Shown here: positions 18,630 through 27,875 of the stretch, one piece after another
How positions within the stretch are numbered: position 1 is the stretch's first letter
How the letters are laid out: each line of letters opens with the position of its first letter
Source: Tepidisphaera sp.
GTDB lineage: Bacteria; Planctomycetota; Phycisphaerae; Phycisphaerales; UBA1924
DNA length: 64,000 nucleotides
Assembly (NCBI GenBank): GCA_050916045.1
Contig: CP051526.1
Coordinates: forward strand, 3,872,001 to 3,936,000
Direction of reading: 5' to 3'
Made by a program: the position numbers and the translations under genes
The notes under the pieces: model-generated
The model's input: only the letters and a program-made list of their open reading frames with translations
Databases searched by the model: none
Told to the model about the DNA's origin: nothing

Positions 18630-19559
18630 TCACTCGGCCGGGGTGTATCCGAGGATCGAGACCAATCGGGCGAGATCGGCGACCCGGCCTTCTGCGGCCC
18701 GCTCGGCTTCGTCTTCGGTGTGCGGCTCGGGACAGGCTCCCCACCACCAGGCTTTGGCCCGGCGGAAAGTCGTCTCGACTCGATCCTTGTCGCGGCCAAG
18801 CTCTCCCGAAGCAACGAGGGCTTTCAGCCGGCGTTCGTACATCCTCGCGATCTCGACCGCGCCGTAGATCGACGCATCGGCTTGCTGGATCACGCGCTCG
18901 GCCGCGTCATAGTCGTCCTCCGCCAGAGACCGCTCGGCGATCACGAGCGCTTCCGCACGCTTGGCGGCGAGCTCCTGCCGGAACGCTTCCATCTGCTCGG
19001 GTGTCGCCGCGTCTTCCTTCCTCCAGCCGATGGCAGTGGTCGTGTCCACATCTCGCGTCTGTCCCATCGGCCGCGCCAGCACGATCGAACGAACCGCCCG
19101 CTCCAAAGCCTCGCCAAAGCTCGGCCACATCACCGCTGGACACATCGCGTGGGCCGTGATGAACCTGCCGCCGTCCTCGAACGCGACCAGCGTGAACCGC
19201 AGCGGCGTCCCGTCTTGCTCCTGGTCGCCGTCTGCAAAGATCGCCCGCTGACCGCCCGCGACCGTGTCCGTCCGGACATTGCGGAGCGACATGCCGAAGT
19301 GCCCCGCGAGATACCGCATCCATTGGAGCACGCTCCCCGTTTCGTAGACCGGTCGGGCCGCGACCGCGACGAGCACCAAAGCCACCGGCGAAACGACCAT
19401 CGCGAGCGGGAACGACACCGTTGTGTTGTCGAAATCGGGCTCTTCCTGCGGAAGCTCCGGCCGGACGAAGTCCGGGGGAACGTCGATCGTGAACTCGAGG
19501 TCCGCGATGCGAGCGGGAAAGCGGGTCGATACAAGTTCGATCGGCTGGGTCTTTGTCAT
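18630..19559 (-). CDS. Hypothetical protein (alpha/beta N-terminal domain plus helical C-terminal domain)
   Basis: 309 aa ORF with protein-like composition, co-oriented with the downstream small gene. Confidence 0.7.
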   Translation of the reverse strand: MTKTQPIELVSTRFPARIADLEFTIDVPPDFVRPELPQEEPDFDNTTVSFPLAMVVSPVALVLVAVAARPVYETGSVLQWMRYLAGHFGMSLRNVRTDTVAGGQRAIFADGDQEQDGTPLRFTLVAFEDGGRFITAHAMCPAVMWPSFGEALERAVRSIVLARPMGQTRDVDTTTAIGWRKEDAATPEQMEAFRQELAAKRAEALVIAERSLAEDDYDAAERVIQQADASIYGAVEIARMYERRLKALVASGELGRDKDRVETTFRRAKAWWWGACPEPHTEDEAERAAEGRVADLARLVSILGYTPAE

Positions 19560-19684
19560 GGCATTCCCGGCTGTGCGAGCGGCGGGAGTACCCCCCCACC
19601 GCCGGACAGTGCGAGAATCCGGGTCACCGGGGCTAAACTCCTGTTGGAGCGGCCGACTGAGGCTCTCCGAGCACTGGAGGACCG

Positions 19685-20842
19685 ATGCGGGCGATCGTGA
19701 CCGGGCAGATCGGGATGGAGAAGAAGCCTTACCTCGACGCGGTCGCGCGCTTCGCGGGCCAGCAGGGTGAGCCCCTCTCCCTCTTCCACGTGGGCGACAT
19801 GATGTACGCCGAGGGGACCGACGTCCGCGCCGGCCGCATCCTCGATCTCCCCATCTCCCGCCTGAACTCCCTCCGCCGGGCCGCCTTCAAGGACATCATC
19901 GCCGAGACCGCGACCGGCGGCCCCGGCGGCCAGCCGCTCGACAACTTCATCGTCAACACCCACGCCACCTTCCGCTGGCGGCACGGGCTCTTCTCCGCTT
20001 TCGATTACGACCAGGTGCAGAAGCTCCAGCCCGAGGTCTTCATCTGCCTCGTGGACAACATCGAGGTCGTCCACCACCGCTTGCACCGCGAGCACGACAT
20101 CGACGCGACCCTCAAGGACTGCATGGTCTGGCGCGAGGAGGAGATCCTCGCGACCGAGCTCCTGAGCAAGTCCATCCCCGGGAGCCAGTTCTACATCATG
20201 GCTCGCGGCCGCCACGCTCTGACCACCCGGACCATGTTCCGCCTGGTCTGCCGCCCCAAGATGAAGAAGGTCTACCCCTCCTTCCCGATGTCGCACGTCA
20301 TGGACATGCCCGACATCATGGCCGAGATCGACCGGTTCCGAGCCGCTCTCGCCGACCACTTCATCACGTTTGATCCGGGCGATGTCGACGAGAAACTCCT
20401 CCTCGACCGTGGCATCGTCGCCGCCCGCGAGGGCAAGGAGTTCCTCGATGTCACCCCGCACACCTTCGGCGGGTCCAAAGCCGCTCCCGAGTCCATCAAG
20501 GTCCGCGTCCGCGAGATCCTCGACATCGCCGGCGACATCGACGGCCAGATCTACATGCGGGACTTCCGACTCGTCGATCAGTCCGACATGATCGTGAGCT
20601 ACATCCCCGAGATCCCCGACGGCAAAGGCGGCGGCATCCCGGGACTCTCAAGCGGCGTCGAACGCGAACTCCACCACGCTTTTGAGCACACCAAGGAAGT
20701 CTTCGTCGTCTGGAAGCCCAAGAAGCCGCCGAGCCCGTTCATCACCGAGACCGCGACCAAGATCTTCAGCAGCGTGGATGAAGCTCTGAAGTACTTCGAG
20801 CAGAACGGGTACTTCGCGGACAAGAACCTGTTCGGGCACTGA
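19685..20842 (+). CDS. Fusion of an archaeal-type adenylate-kinase-like P-loop domain and a nucleoside 2-deoxyribosyltransferase-like domain
   Basis: IVTGQIGMEKK, VGDMM, IVNTHAT in the N-terminal half; VYPSFPM...DFRLVDQSDMIV...SSGVERELHHA in the C-terminal half; GGAGG RBS. Confidence 0.7.
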   Translation: MRAIVTGQIGMEKKPYLDAVARFAGQQGEPLSLFHVGDMMYAEGTDVRAGRILDLPISRLNSLRRAAFKDIIAETATGGPGGQPLDNFIVNTHATFRWRHGLFSAFDYDQVQKLQPEVFICLVDNIEVVHHRLHREHDIDATLKDCMVWREEEILATELLSKSIPGSQFYIMARGRHALTTRTMFRLVCRPKMKKVYPSFPMSHVMDMPDIMAEIDRFRAALADHFITFDPGDVDEKLLLDRGIVAAREGKEFLDVTPHTFGGSKAAPESIKVRVREILDIAGDIDGQIYMRDFRLVDQSDMIVSYIPEIPDGKGGGIPGLSSGVERELHHAFEHTKEVFVVWKPKKPPSPFITETATKIFSSVDEALKYFEQNGYFADKNLFGH

Positions 20843-20871
20843 TGACCCGCCGCTCCTCCAGAGTTGCGGCT

Positions 20872-21549
20872 TCAGCAAAAGTGGATGAGGATGCCGGTTT
20901 CGACCGATCGTCGCGCCACATCGAGCAGATTGACGAGGGGTCGTGCCTCCTCCATGAATCTGCCCCATCCTGGCGGACAAGCTTCCGGTACATCCCACTC
21001 GAAAAAGCGATCATCGTCCGCGACGACGTCGGCAGGCACTCCGATGCTCCATCGGAGCAACTCCAGCTCCTGAAGTAGGCGCACCGAAGATCCAACGCTG
21101 TACTGCACATCGTCCTTCAACAACCAAAGAGGATTGGGAAAATCGAAGGGAAGATAAACCCCGTCCGAATCCCCGTGGTGGACGAGATGGTCAAACGACG
21201 GCCCCGGCGAATCCGTCGGAATCACCTCGAACACGGTCGGCGAAAGCATGCGTCCATGGCTTTGATCTGCATACTGCTGCAGAATCGGATCGGAACTCGC
21301 GTTGCCCTTTCCGATCGGCGTCGGAGCCCGATCCGCTCGCAGATACGCAGCGTACCGCCGGACCCGGTGCAATGCGGAGTAAGACCCGATCGCACGACCG
21401 CTGGTTTCGTCGTCATCTTCAACCTTGGCCGATTCGATGTAGTCGGGTAGTCCCGCCGCACGCGTGACCTCAGCGATCTGCTGACGAATCTGCTCCGCCC
21501 AATCCGCTTGATCCTCGCCGGGCAAGCCGAGATCTGCAACCAATCCCAT
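20872..21549 (-). CDS. Hypothetical protein
   Basis: 225 aa ORF with YSALHRVRRYAA and FDHLVHHGDSDGVYLP segments; weaker GC3 bias than neighbours by eye. Confidence 0.7.
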   Translation of the reverse strand: MGLVADLGLPGEDQADWAEQIRQQIAEVTRAAGLPDYIESAKVEDDDETSGRAIGSYSALHRVRRYAAYLRADRAPTPIGKGNASSDPILQQYADQSHGRMLSPTVFEVIPTDSPGPSFDHLVHHGDSDGVYLPFDFPNPLWLLKDDVQYSVGSSVRLLQELELLRWSIGVPADVVADDDRFFEWDVPEACPPGWGRFMEEARPLVNLLDVARRSVETGILIHFC

Positions 21550-21597
21550 GGTCCGACACTCCTATCGGCCGCTTTACATCAAGGGAAGAGCGAACGC

Positions 21598-21816
21598 CTA
21601 ATCACCAAGCCGCTTCGGCTTCGCCGGCACCACCTCATCAACCACCCGCCGCCTAAGCGTGATCTTCCCAGCCTCCGTCTCGACCATCTGCTCGTGGACC
21701 TCTTCGCGCACGACCACCGGCTTGGGCGCGGTCACGTCCGTCTTCGCGGCATCGACGAGGATGCCGAAGAACTCGCCGAGTGAGCGGGCAAGGGGTTTCT
21801 TCTTCGGCTTGGTCAT
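21598..21816 (-). CDS. Small hypothetical protein
   Basis: 72 aa ORF directly downstream of and co-oriented with nuoE. Confidence 0.6.
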   Translation of the reverse strand: MTKPKKKPLARSLGEFFGILVDAAKTDVTAPKPVVVREEVHEQMVETEAGKITLRRRVVDEVVPAKPKRLGD

Positions 21817-21842
21817 CAGGCACCCCGATACGGACAGCCCGA

Positions 21843-22388
21843 TCAGTGATGATCATGCTTGGCATGCTTGCACTCGTCGAGGGCTTTGAGCGCCTTCTCC
21901 GGCGTCAGCCACTCCGCGAGCTTCTCATCAAACAACGCGACCGGAGCCGAGTCGCACGACCCCAAGCACTCGACCTCGACCAGCGTGAACTGGCCATCCT
22001 CGGTCGTCTCGCCGACGTCGATCCCGAGCTTGGCTTTGATCGTGTCGGTGATCTTGGCGTAGTTGTGGCATTCGCACGCGATCGAGCGGCAGACCGCGAT
22101 CAGGTGCTTGCCCTTGGGCTTGAGCCAGTATTCCTCGTAGAAGCTGGCGGTGTCGTAGACATCGCTGGGCTTGAGTTTGAGGATCTCCGCGATTTCGATC
22201 ATCGCCTGCGGGGGGATCCAGCCGTAGGTGTGCTGGACCTCGTGCAAGCACGGGAGCATCGCCCCCATCGAGTTCTCGTACCGGGGCAGGATCGTCTGCG
22301 TGATCTTCTGCTTGATCGCCGGCGTGAGATAAGGCTCCGCCCGACGCTCAATCTGCATGCTGCCCGAGGGTTTCGTGATCCAAGCCAT
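21843..22388 (-). CDS. nuoE: NADH-quinone oxidoreductase subunit E (2Fe-2S)
   Basis: LHEVQHTYGWIP, ASFY, VCRSIAC and VECLGSCDSAP motifs. Confidence 0.92.
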   Translation of the reverse strand: MAWITKPSGSMQIERRAEPYLTPAIKQKITQTILPRYENSMGAMLPCLHEVQHTYGWIPPQAMIEIAEILKLKPSDVYDTASFYEEYWLKPKGKHLIAVCRSIACECHNYAKITDTIKAKLGIDVGETTEDGQFTLVEVECLGSCDSAPVALFDEKLAEWLTPEKALKALDECKHAKHDHH

Positions 22389-22424
22389 AGACCCAAAGGT
22401 AGCACGGGCCTCCCGCCCGTGTCT

Positions 22425-22799
22425 TCAGGGCCTCGGCACCCAGTCGATCCGAAGCCTGCCCGACTGGTCCTTCGTCACCGTCACGATCGTCGTGCCCGGC
22501 GTCAGGTTCACCTGCTGGGGCGGCCCGCCCTTGCCGGGCGTGTCGATGGACAGAAACATCGCCCACTCGTCCGGAACCGCGTACTTCGCGACCCCGCGGC
22601 GGTCTCCCGGCGGGATCCGCTCTTCCGCCACGACGACGTTGTTTCCCGCGCCGCCGGCACGCACGAGCTGAGCATAAAGCGGCTCGCCCGAATCGTTCCG
22701 CACGTCCGCGACGTACCCCGACTTACACCCCGCCAGCGCCAAAGCCAAGCCCGCCGCCGCCACTCCCAACGCCCGACCGAACTGATTCCGAATGCCCAT
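22425..22799 (-). CDS. Small lipoprotein
   Basis: MGIRNQFGRALGVAAAGLALALAG-C lipobox; AAGGAG RBS. Confidence 0.75.
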   Translation of the reverse strand: MGIRNQFGRALGVAAAGLALALAGCKSGYVADVRNDSGEPLYAQLVRAGGAGNNVVVAEERIPPGDRRGVAKYAVPDEWAMFLSIDTPGKGGPPQQVNLTPGTTIVTVTKDQSGRLRIDWVPRP

Positions 22800-22920
22800 C
22801 GGTGCTCTCCTTGTGCTCCCACATCCGACGCCGACCGATCTTAGCGGTTCCAAACATCCGGCGCGGAGTCCGCGTAGAGTGACCCGAGCCGGGGCCCAAC
22901 CGCTCACGCCGAGGTTCACC

Positions 22921-24396
22921 ATGACCCGCCATCCTCTCGCCCTCATCGTTCTCGCCACAGCCATCCCCCTCACCGGGTGCTTCAGCTCCGGCCCCAAGCC
23001 CGCCGCCGACGGCAGCAGCGCGGACGGGTTCCGCAACCGTCTGGGTGGCTCTTCCGGAGACTCAGGCCAGGACGACACCCCCGACGACGACCGCCCGCAG
23101 ATCACGATCCGTCAGATCGACGCGTGGACGGACGCTTTCGCCGACCGCTGGGCTTCGTACATCCAGGACGCGACCACCCGCCTGATCGACGAGAACTCGA
23201 CGCCTGAACAGCGTCGAGCCGCACTGACGCTCAAGTCCACCTCGATCAGCTCGGTGTACGACATCGCCGTTCGCAACGACCCCCTCACCCAGCTTCTCGA
23301 CATGGTCGTGCTCGCTTCCCTCGAGAACAGGGTGTGGGTGACCGAAGGCCTGGCCGAGCGCATCTTCGGCGACAAAGCCCCGATCCTCACCGACGCGATC
23401 TCCGCGCTCTACGCCGACATCAGCGTCACCTCCATCAACGCCATGAACGGTGAGCAGTACGACCTGCTCATGGACACCATCGGCGACTGGCGCCAGCAGA
23501 ACCCCGAGATCCGCGCGGTCGAGTTCGTCCGGTTCTCCGAGTTCGCCGCCGCCAGCGCCGCCGACATCCGCCAGCAGATCCGCTCCTCGGGCCTCTTTGC
23601 TCCCATCGACGACGCCACCCGCGTCGCGGAAGAGCTCAAGCAGCTCGGACAATCCGGCATGTGGGTCGGCATCCGCGCCCCGCAGCTCCTGTCGTGGCAG
23701 ACCGAAGGCCTCGTCGACCAGATCCTCGCCCGGCCCGAGATCGCCCGGGCCCTCTCCGCCGATCAAGGCATCGCCGCGTCCGCCGACCGCATCAGCCGCG
23801 TCGCCGCCAAGCTCCCCGACGACATCAAAGCCGAACGCGAAGCCATCCTGAAAGCCTTCGACGAACGCGAGCAGAAGCTCAACTCCGCCGTCAAGGAAGT
23901 CCGCGGGACCATCGACGACACCCGCAAGCTCCTCGCCGACACCGAGCCCATGCTCAAAAACACCGAGCAAGTCGTCAAATCCGTCGACACCGTCGTCAAG
24001 AGCGCCCAAGAGCTCACCAAAGCCCTCACCGAGACCGTCAACGCCGCCGACAAGATCGCAGCCCGATTCGACAAGCCCGCGCCCCCCGGGGCGGTCCAAA
24101 GCCAAGCCGCCGCTCAGGAATTCAAGATCGCCGAGTACACCCAGGCCGCGGACAAACTCACCCTCGCCGTCAAAGAGCTCAACACCCTCGTCGCGTCCGC
24201 GAACGGGCTGGTCGCTTCCCCGGCCTGGCAAACCCGCCTCGACGAGATCGACGCCCTGGGCAGGAAGCAGATCGCCGACGCCGAGCACCGCGCGGTGAAC
24301 CTCTCGGACGCCATCTTCTGGCGTGCTCTCATCCTGATCGGAGCGTTCTTCGCAGGCCTGTGCGGATGGACGGTGCTGAAGTGGAAACTTCGCTAA
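22921..24396 (+). CDS. Lipoprotein with long coiled-coil and C-terminal TM helix
   Basis: MTRHPLALIVLATAIPLTG-C lipobox; heptad-rich middle; C-terminal FWRALILIGAFFAGLCGWTVL. Confidence 0.78.
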   Translation: MTRHPLALIVLATAIPLTGCFSSGPKPAADGSSADGFRNRLGGSSGDSGQDDTPDDDRPQITIRQIDAWTDAFADRWASYIQDATTRLIDENSTPEQRRAALTLKSTSISSVYDIAVRNDPLTQLLDMVVLASLENRVWVTEGLAERIFGDKAPILTDAISALYADISVTSINAMNGEQYDLLMDTIGDWRQQNPEIRAVEFVRFSEFAAASAADIRQQIRSSGLFAPIDDATRVAEELKQLGQSGMWVGIRAPQLLSWQTEGLVDQILARPEIARALSADQGIAASADRISRVAAKLPDDIKAEREAILKAFDEREQKLNSAVKEVRGTIDDTRKLLADTEPMLKNTEQVVKSVDTVVKSAQELTKALTETVNAADKIAARFDKPAPPGAVQSQAAAQEFKIAEYTQAADKLTLAVKELNTLVASANGLVASPAWQTRLDEIDALGRKQIADAEHRAVNLSDAIFWRALILIGAFFAGLCGWTVLKWKLR

Positions 24397-24426
24397 GCCC
24401 TCCGGCCGCTGCGGCGTGAGCCTTTC

Positions 24427-25995
24427 TCAGCAGCCCAGCTCGAAGTCCTGCACGAACTGGTCGTAGTCGAAGAAGTCCACGAAGTCATCACCGTTCTGGT
24501 CCGCCGAAGCGCACGGCGGGCAAACACCGGTCTCAAAGCACTCGACATACGCGTCGTAGTCGAAGAAATCGATGAACCCGTCCGCGTTGAAATCGCCGGG
24601 GCAGCCCGAAGGAGCGGGCACACCAGAGGCGTTGATGATGCCGTAACCGTGGACAAAGAGCGGGTCGTGAACTCCCCCGCGGCTTGCGGAAGAGAAGAGC
24701 GCGGCGCGGACCTGGCCGACGGTCCAGCACGGGTGCTCACCGATGATGCAAGCGACGGCGGCGGCGACCAGCGGGGTGCTCAGGCTTGTCCCGCTCACCT
24801 CGCCGATGTCGGTGTTGTTGCGGCTTGAGACGGTCCGCGTGCTCACGCCTCGAGCGAGCACCTCGGGCTTGACGCGTCCGTCGGCCGTCGGCCCGTCGGA
24901 GCTGAACCCCGCGATGTTCCCCGCCGAGTCCACCGCGCCGCAGGTGATCACATCCATCGCGTCCGCCGGAGCGATCAGGTGGCTCGTCGCGGGATTGGCG
25001 TCGTTGCCCTCGTTGCCGGCGGCGGTGACACAGATGATCCCGTTCTCGGTGGCGATGTTCACGGCGATGGTCGTGACGGCGGTCCGACCGTCGAGATCGC
25101 TCTGCGTGTACCAATCGATGTACCCCAGACTGCTCGTGCAGACGTCCGCGCCGTGCTGATCGGCGAACTCAAGCCCCGCGACGTAGTTGTCCTCTTCGAC
25201 GGGTGTCTCGCTCGCGACGTCCTCGGTCTTGCAGAGAATCACGGAAGCGTCGTACGCGCCTCCGACCAGGGTGTCGGGCCAGTAGGCCGAGATGCACCCC
25301 AGGATCCAGGTTCCGTGCCGGTGCTGCTCGGAATTGTCGCCCGCTTGGATCCCCACCACGCCGTCGCCGTCCACGAAGTCGTAGCTCGCGATGACATCAA
25401 GCGGCCGCCCCGGCGCGTTGAACGCCGTGTGCGTCGTCACAAACCCGGTGTCGAGGATCCCGATCCGGACGTTCCGTCCCGTCCCGCCCCGGTTGTGCAC
25501 GGGGAAAAGCCCGATCTGTCCCACCTGCTCGGACGCGAACCCGTAGAAATCGCGGCTCGCGAAATCCTCGGGCGTCACGACGGTTTCCGCGGGCCGGTTG
25601 ACCGTCCCGCCGCGCACCGGCGCGACGCTCGTCACCGAGGGGAGCGTGCGGATTGCGGCGAGCTGCTCGGGCGTCGCGACAACGCTGACGGCGTTCAGCC
25701 AGCGGCTCCGCTGGTGCACACGGGCGCCCGTCGCCGCGATCGCCTGTTCGTACGAAGACGCAACCGGCAGATCGCGAGCGTCAAACAGCCCCGGCGCGGT
25801 CCGCCGGAGCTCACGACGTTTCACGGCGTGCGGATCGGCCGAAGCGATGAGCCGCTCGATCGCGCCGCGCTCGGCGGCCGGATCCTGATACCCCTTGTCC
25901 GCGAGGTACACCCAGTAGCGCGGCTCCGAAGCGTTCACCTGACCCGCAACCAGCGCCAACCCGGCAGCCACCGAAACCACAAAGCCGTTCATCAT
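24427..25995 (-). CDS. Secreted subtilisin-like (S8) serine peptidase with C-terminal GC-type dockerin-like module
   Basis: Propeptide, ILDTG, HGT, AAGNEG and GTSLSTP catalytic motifs; ends FVQDFELGC. Confidence 0.92.
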   Translation of the reverse strand: MMNGFVVSVAAGLALVAGQVNASEPRYWVYLADKGYQDPAAERGAIERLIASADPHAVKRRELRRTAPGLFDARDLPVASSYEQAIAATGARVHQRSRWLNAVSVVATPEQLAAIRTLPSVTSVAPVRGGTVNRPAETVVTPEDFASRDFYGFASEQVGQIGLFPVHNRGGTGRNVRIGILDTGFVTTHTAFNAPGRPLDVIASYDFVDGDGVVGIQAGDNSEQHRHGTWILGCISAYWPDTLVGGAYDASVILCKTEDVASETPVEEDNYVAGLEFADQHGADVCTSSLGYIDWYTQSDLDGRTAVTTIAVNIATENGIICVTAAGNEGNDANPATSHLIAPADAMDVITCGAVDSAGNIAGFSSDGPTADGRVKPEVLARGVSTRTVSSRNNTDIGEVSGTSLSTPLVAAAVACIIGEHPCWTVGQVRAALFSSASRGGVHDPLFVHGYGIINASGVPAPSGCPGDFNADGFIDFFDYDAYVECFETGVCPPCASADQNGDDFVDFFDYDQFVQDFELGC

Positions 25996-26066
25996 CGCTC
26001 GCTCCGAATGAAACAGGCCGCGGGGACTCCGCAGCCTGTGAGTGAAACCCCTCAACCGATCACGCG

Positions 26067-27620
26067 TCAGCAGCCCGACTCGAACTGCGACACAAAGTCG
26101 TCATAGTCGAAGAAATCCACGAAGTCATCGCCGTTGAAGTCCGCCGTCTTGCCCGGCGGGCATTCGGCGATCTCAAAGCACGTCACGTACTCGTCGTAGT
26201 CGAAGAAATCGAGGAACCCGTCCCCGTTGAAGTCCGCCGGACACCCGGACTCGCAGATGTCCGCCTGACCGTTCCCGTTCCCGTCGGCGCACGTCGTGAA
26301 CGCGCCCGCCCACGTCCCGCCCGCGCCGCTGCACTGAGCGCTCGTGAGCGACAGGCAGAACCCGGTGCTGAAGCAGCACGCACCCGTCGGCTGCGGGCAG
26401 TTCGCGTTGGCGCAGTTGGTCCCCACGCCGCGGAACGTCCCGCTCTGAAGAGCGCACTCGCCGGCCGTCGTCGTGATGCACGACCCGTCGGGCAAGCAGC
26501 ACGCGCCCGTCGGGCACGAGTTGTTCGCGCCGCAGTTCGTGTTGGCACCCGCGAAGTTGCCCCCCGCACCGCTGCACTGCTCCGCCGTCAGGCCCGAGAT
26601 GCAGAATCCGTTGCTGAAGCAGCATGCGCCCGTCGGCTGGGGACAGTTCCCGCACGCCGCACCATCACCCTGGAAAGTCCCGCCCGCCGCGATGCACTCG
26701 CCCGAGGACGTCGTCACGCACGACCCGTCCGGAAGACAGCACGCGCCCACGCCGGGCGTGCAGTTCAGGCTCGACCACGTCGTCCGGCTCACCCAGTCGC
26801 CCGTCGGGCGGCAGAGGCCGGCCGTCAGTTGCGAGAACCGCGCCCACCCGCCGTTGGGCGGACAGCCGAAGCCCCCGCAGTTCAGCCCGAATAGCCAGTT
26901 GGCGCTCGACACCGCAAGCCCCGAAACGTCCGTGCACGGGAATGCGTTGCGCCGAGCGTCCGGTGCCGTCGTGCACGGATTCGTCGGCGGCTGATTATGA
27001 CGATCGATCCGGAACGCGACCGTGAACTTGCGCGAACCGTTGTCGTTCAGAACCAGCTGCTCCGGATCGTTCGGATCAATCAGGAACTGCAGGTTGACGC
27101 CGTTGGTCCCCGGAGGAATCTGGATGTGCGGCAGAATGTCCCCGTCGGAGGAGTACGTCGCCACCAGCGTGCCCGTCGTCGGTTCGCCCTCGTAAAAAAG
27201 CAGCGACCACTGCGTCACCGTCGTGACCGTCGTCGCGCTCGTCACCACCAGAACCTCCGTCTGGTTGTGCTTGATCGGCCAGTCCGCAACCGGCACCGTG
27301 TACGTCGCCGCGAACATCTCGTTCTGCGAGAATCCCGCCTGCGCGACGTAGCTCCCGCCCTCGAAGTTCGCGTCCGTGTGCGACGACACCACGTTGCACG
27401 CTCGCGAACCGAACCCGCCGTCGATCTCGCCGCGTGGCGTCACACGGAGCGTCCGAAGCTCCGAAAGCCGGATCGGCACCTGAATCGTCCCGCGCGGCGC
27501 TGTCGGAGACCCGACCGACGGCTCATCCGCCCTCGCCGTCCCGCCCAGCCCGCAGGCCAGACCACCCACCAGCGAAACCAAAGCCACCCCGCACACCCTC
27601 TCGATCCATCCACGACGCAT
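26067..27620 (-). CDS. Secreted protein with four Cys-rich GACC repeats and C-terminal GC-type dockerin-like module
   Basis: Signal peptide from MRRGWIERV; alternating GACCLPDGSC and GACCFSxGFC repeats; ends FVSQFESGC. The track's 5' extension is antisense to cca. Confidence 0.85.
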   Translation of the reverse strand: MRRGWIERVCGVALVSLVGGLACGLGGTARADEPSVGSPTAPRGTIQVPIRLSELRTLRVTPRGEIDGGFGSRACNVVSSHTDANFEGGSYVAQAGFSQNEMFAATYTVPVADWPIKHNQTEVLVVTSATTVTTVTQWSLLFYEGEPTTGTLVATYSSDGDILPHIQIPPGTNGVNLQFLIDPNDPEQLVLNDNGSRKFTVAFRIDRHNQPPTNPCTTAPDARRNAFPCTDVSGLAVSSANWLFGLNCGGFGCPPNGGWARFSQLTAGLCRPTGDWVSRTTWSSLNCTPGVGACCLPDGSCVTTSSGECIAAGGTFQGDGAACGNCPQPTGACCFSNGFCISGLTAEQCSGAGGNFAGANTNCGANNSCPTGACCLPDGSCITTTAGECALQSGTFRGVGTNCANANCPQPTGACCFSTGFCLSLTSAQCSGAGGTWAGAFTTCADGNGNGQADICESGCPADFNGDGFLDFFDYDEYVTCFEIAECPPGKTADFNGDDFVDFFDYDDFVSQFESGC

Positions 27621-27875
27621 CCTGCACCTCCGAACGGCTTGGCCGCACGATCTCTCCAGACGCCCGACTGCCCCGAACCTTCCAAGATACTCCCGAGCGT
27701 CTCCAAGATACTCGAAACCCGGGAGGAAAGGCACCCCAAACGTCGCGCCAACGCGCGATCCGCCGAAGAACTCGGCCTCTTTCAGGTCCGCACCCGCCCC
27801 GCCGACGGTTCCCGGCCCTCCAACATTCCCCGTTCTCGGACATCCCCCGCCGCACGGCGCGATACGCTGCCACGC

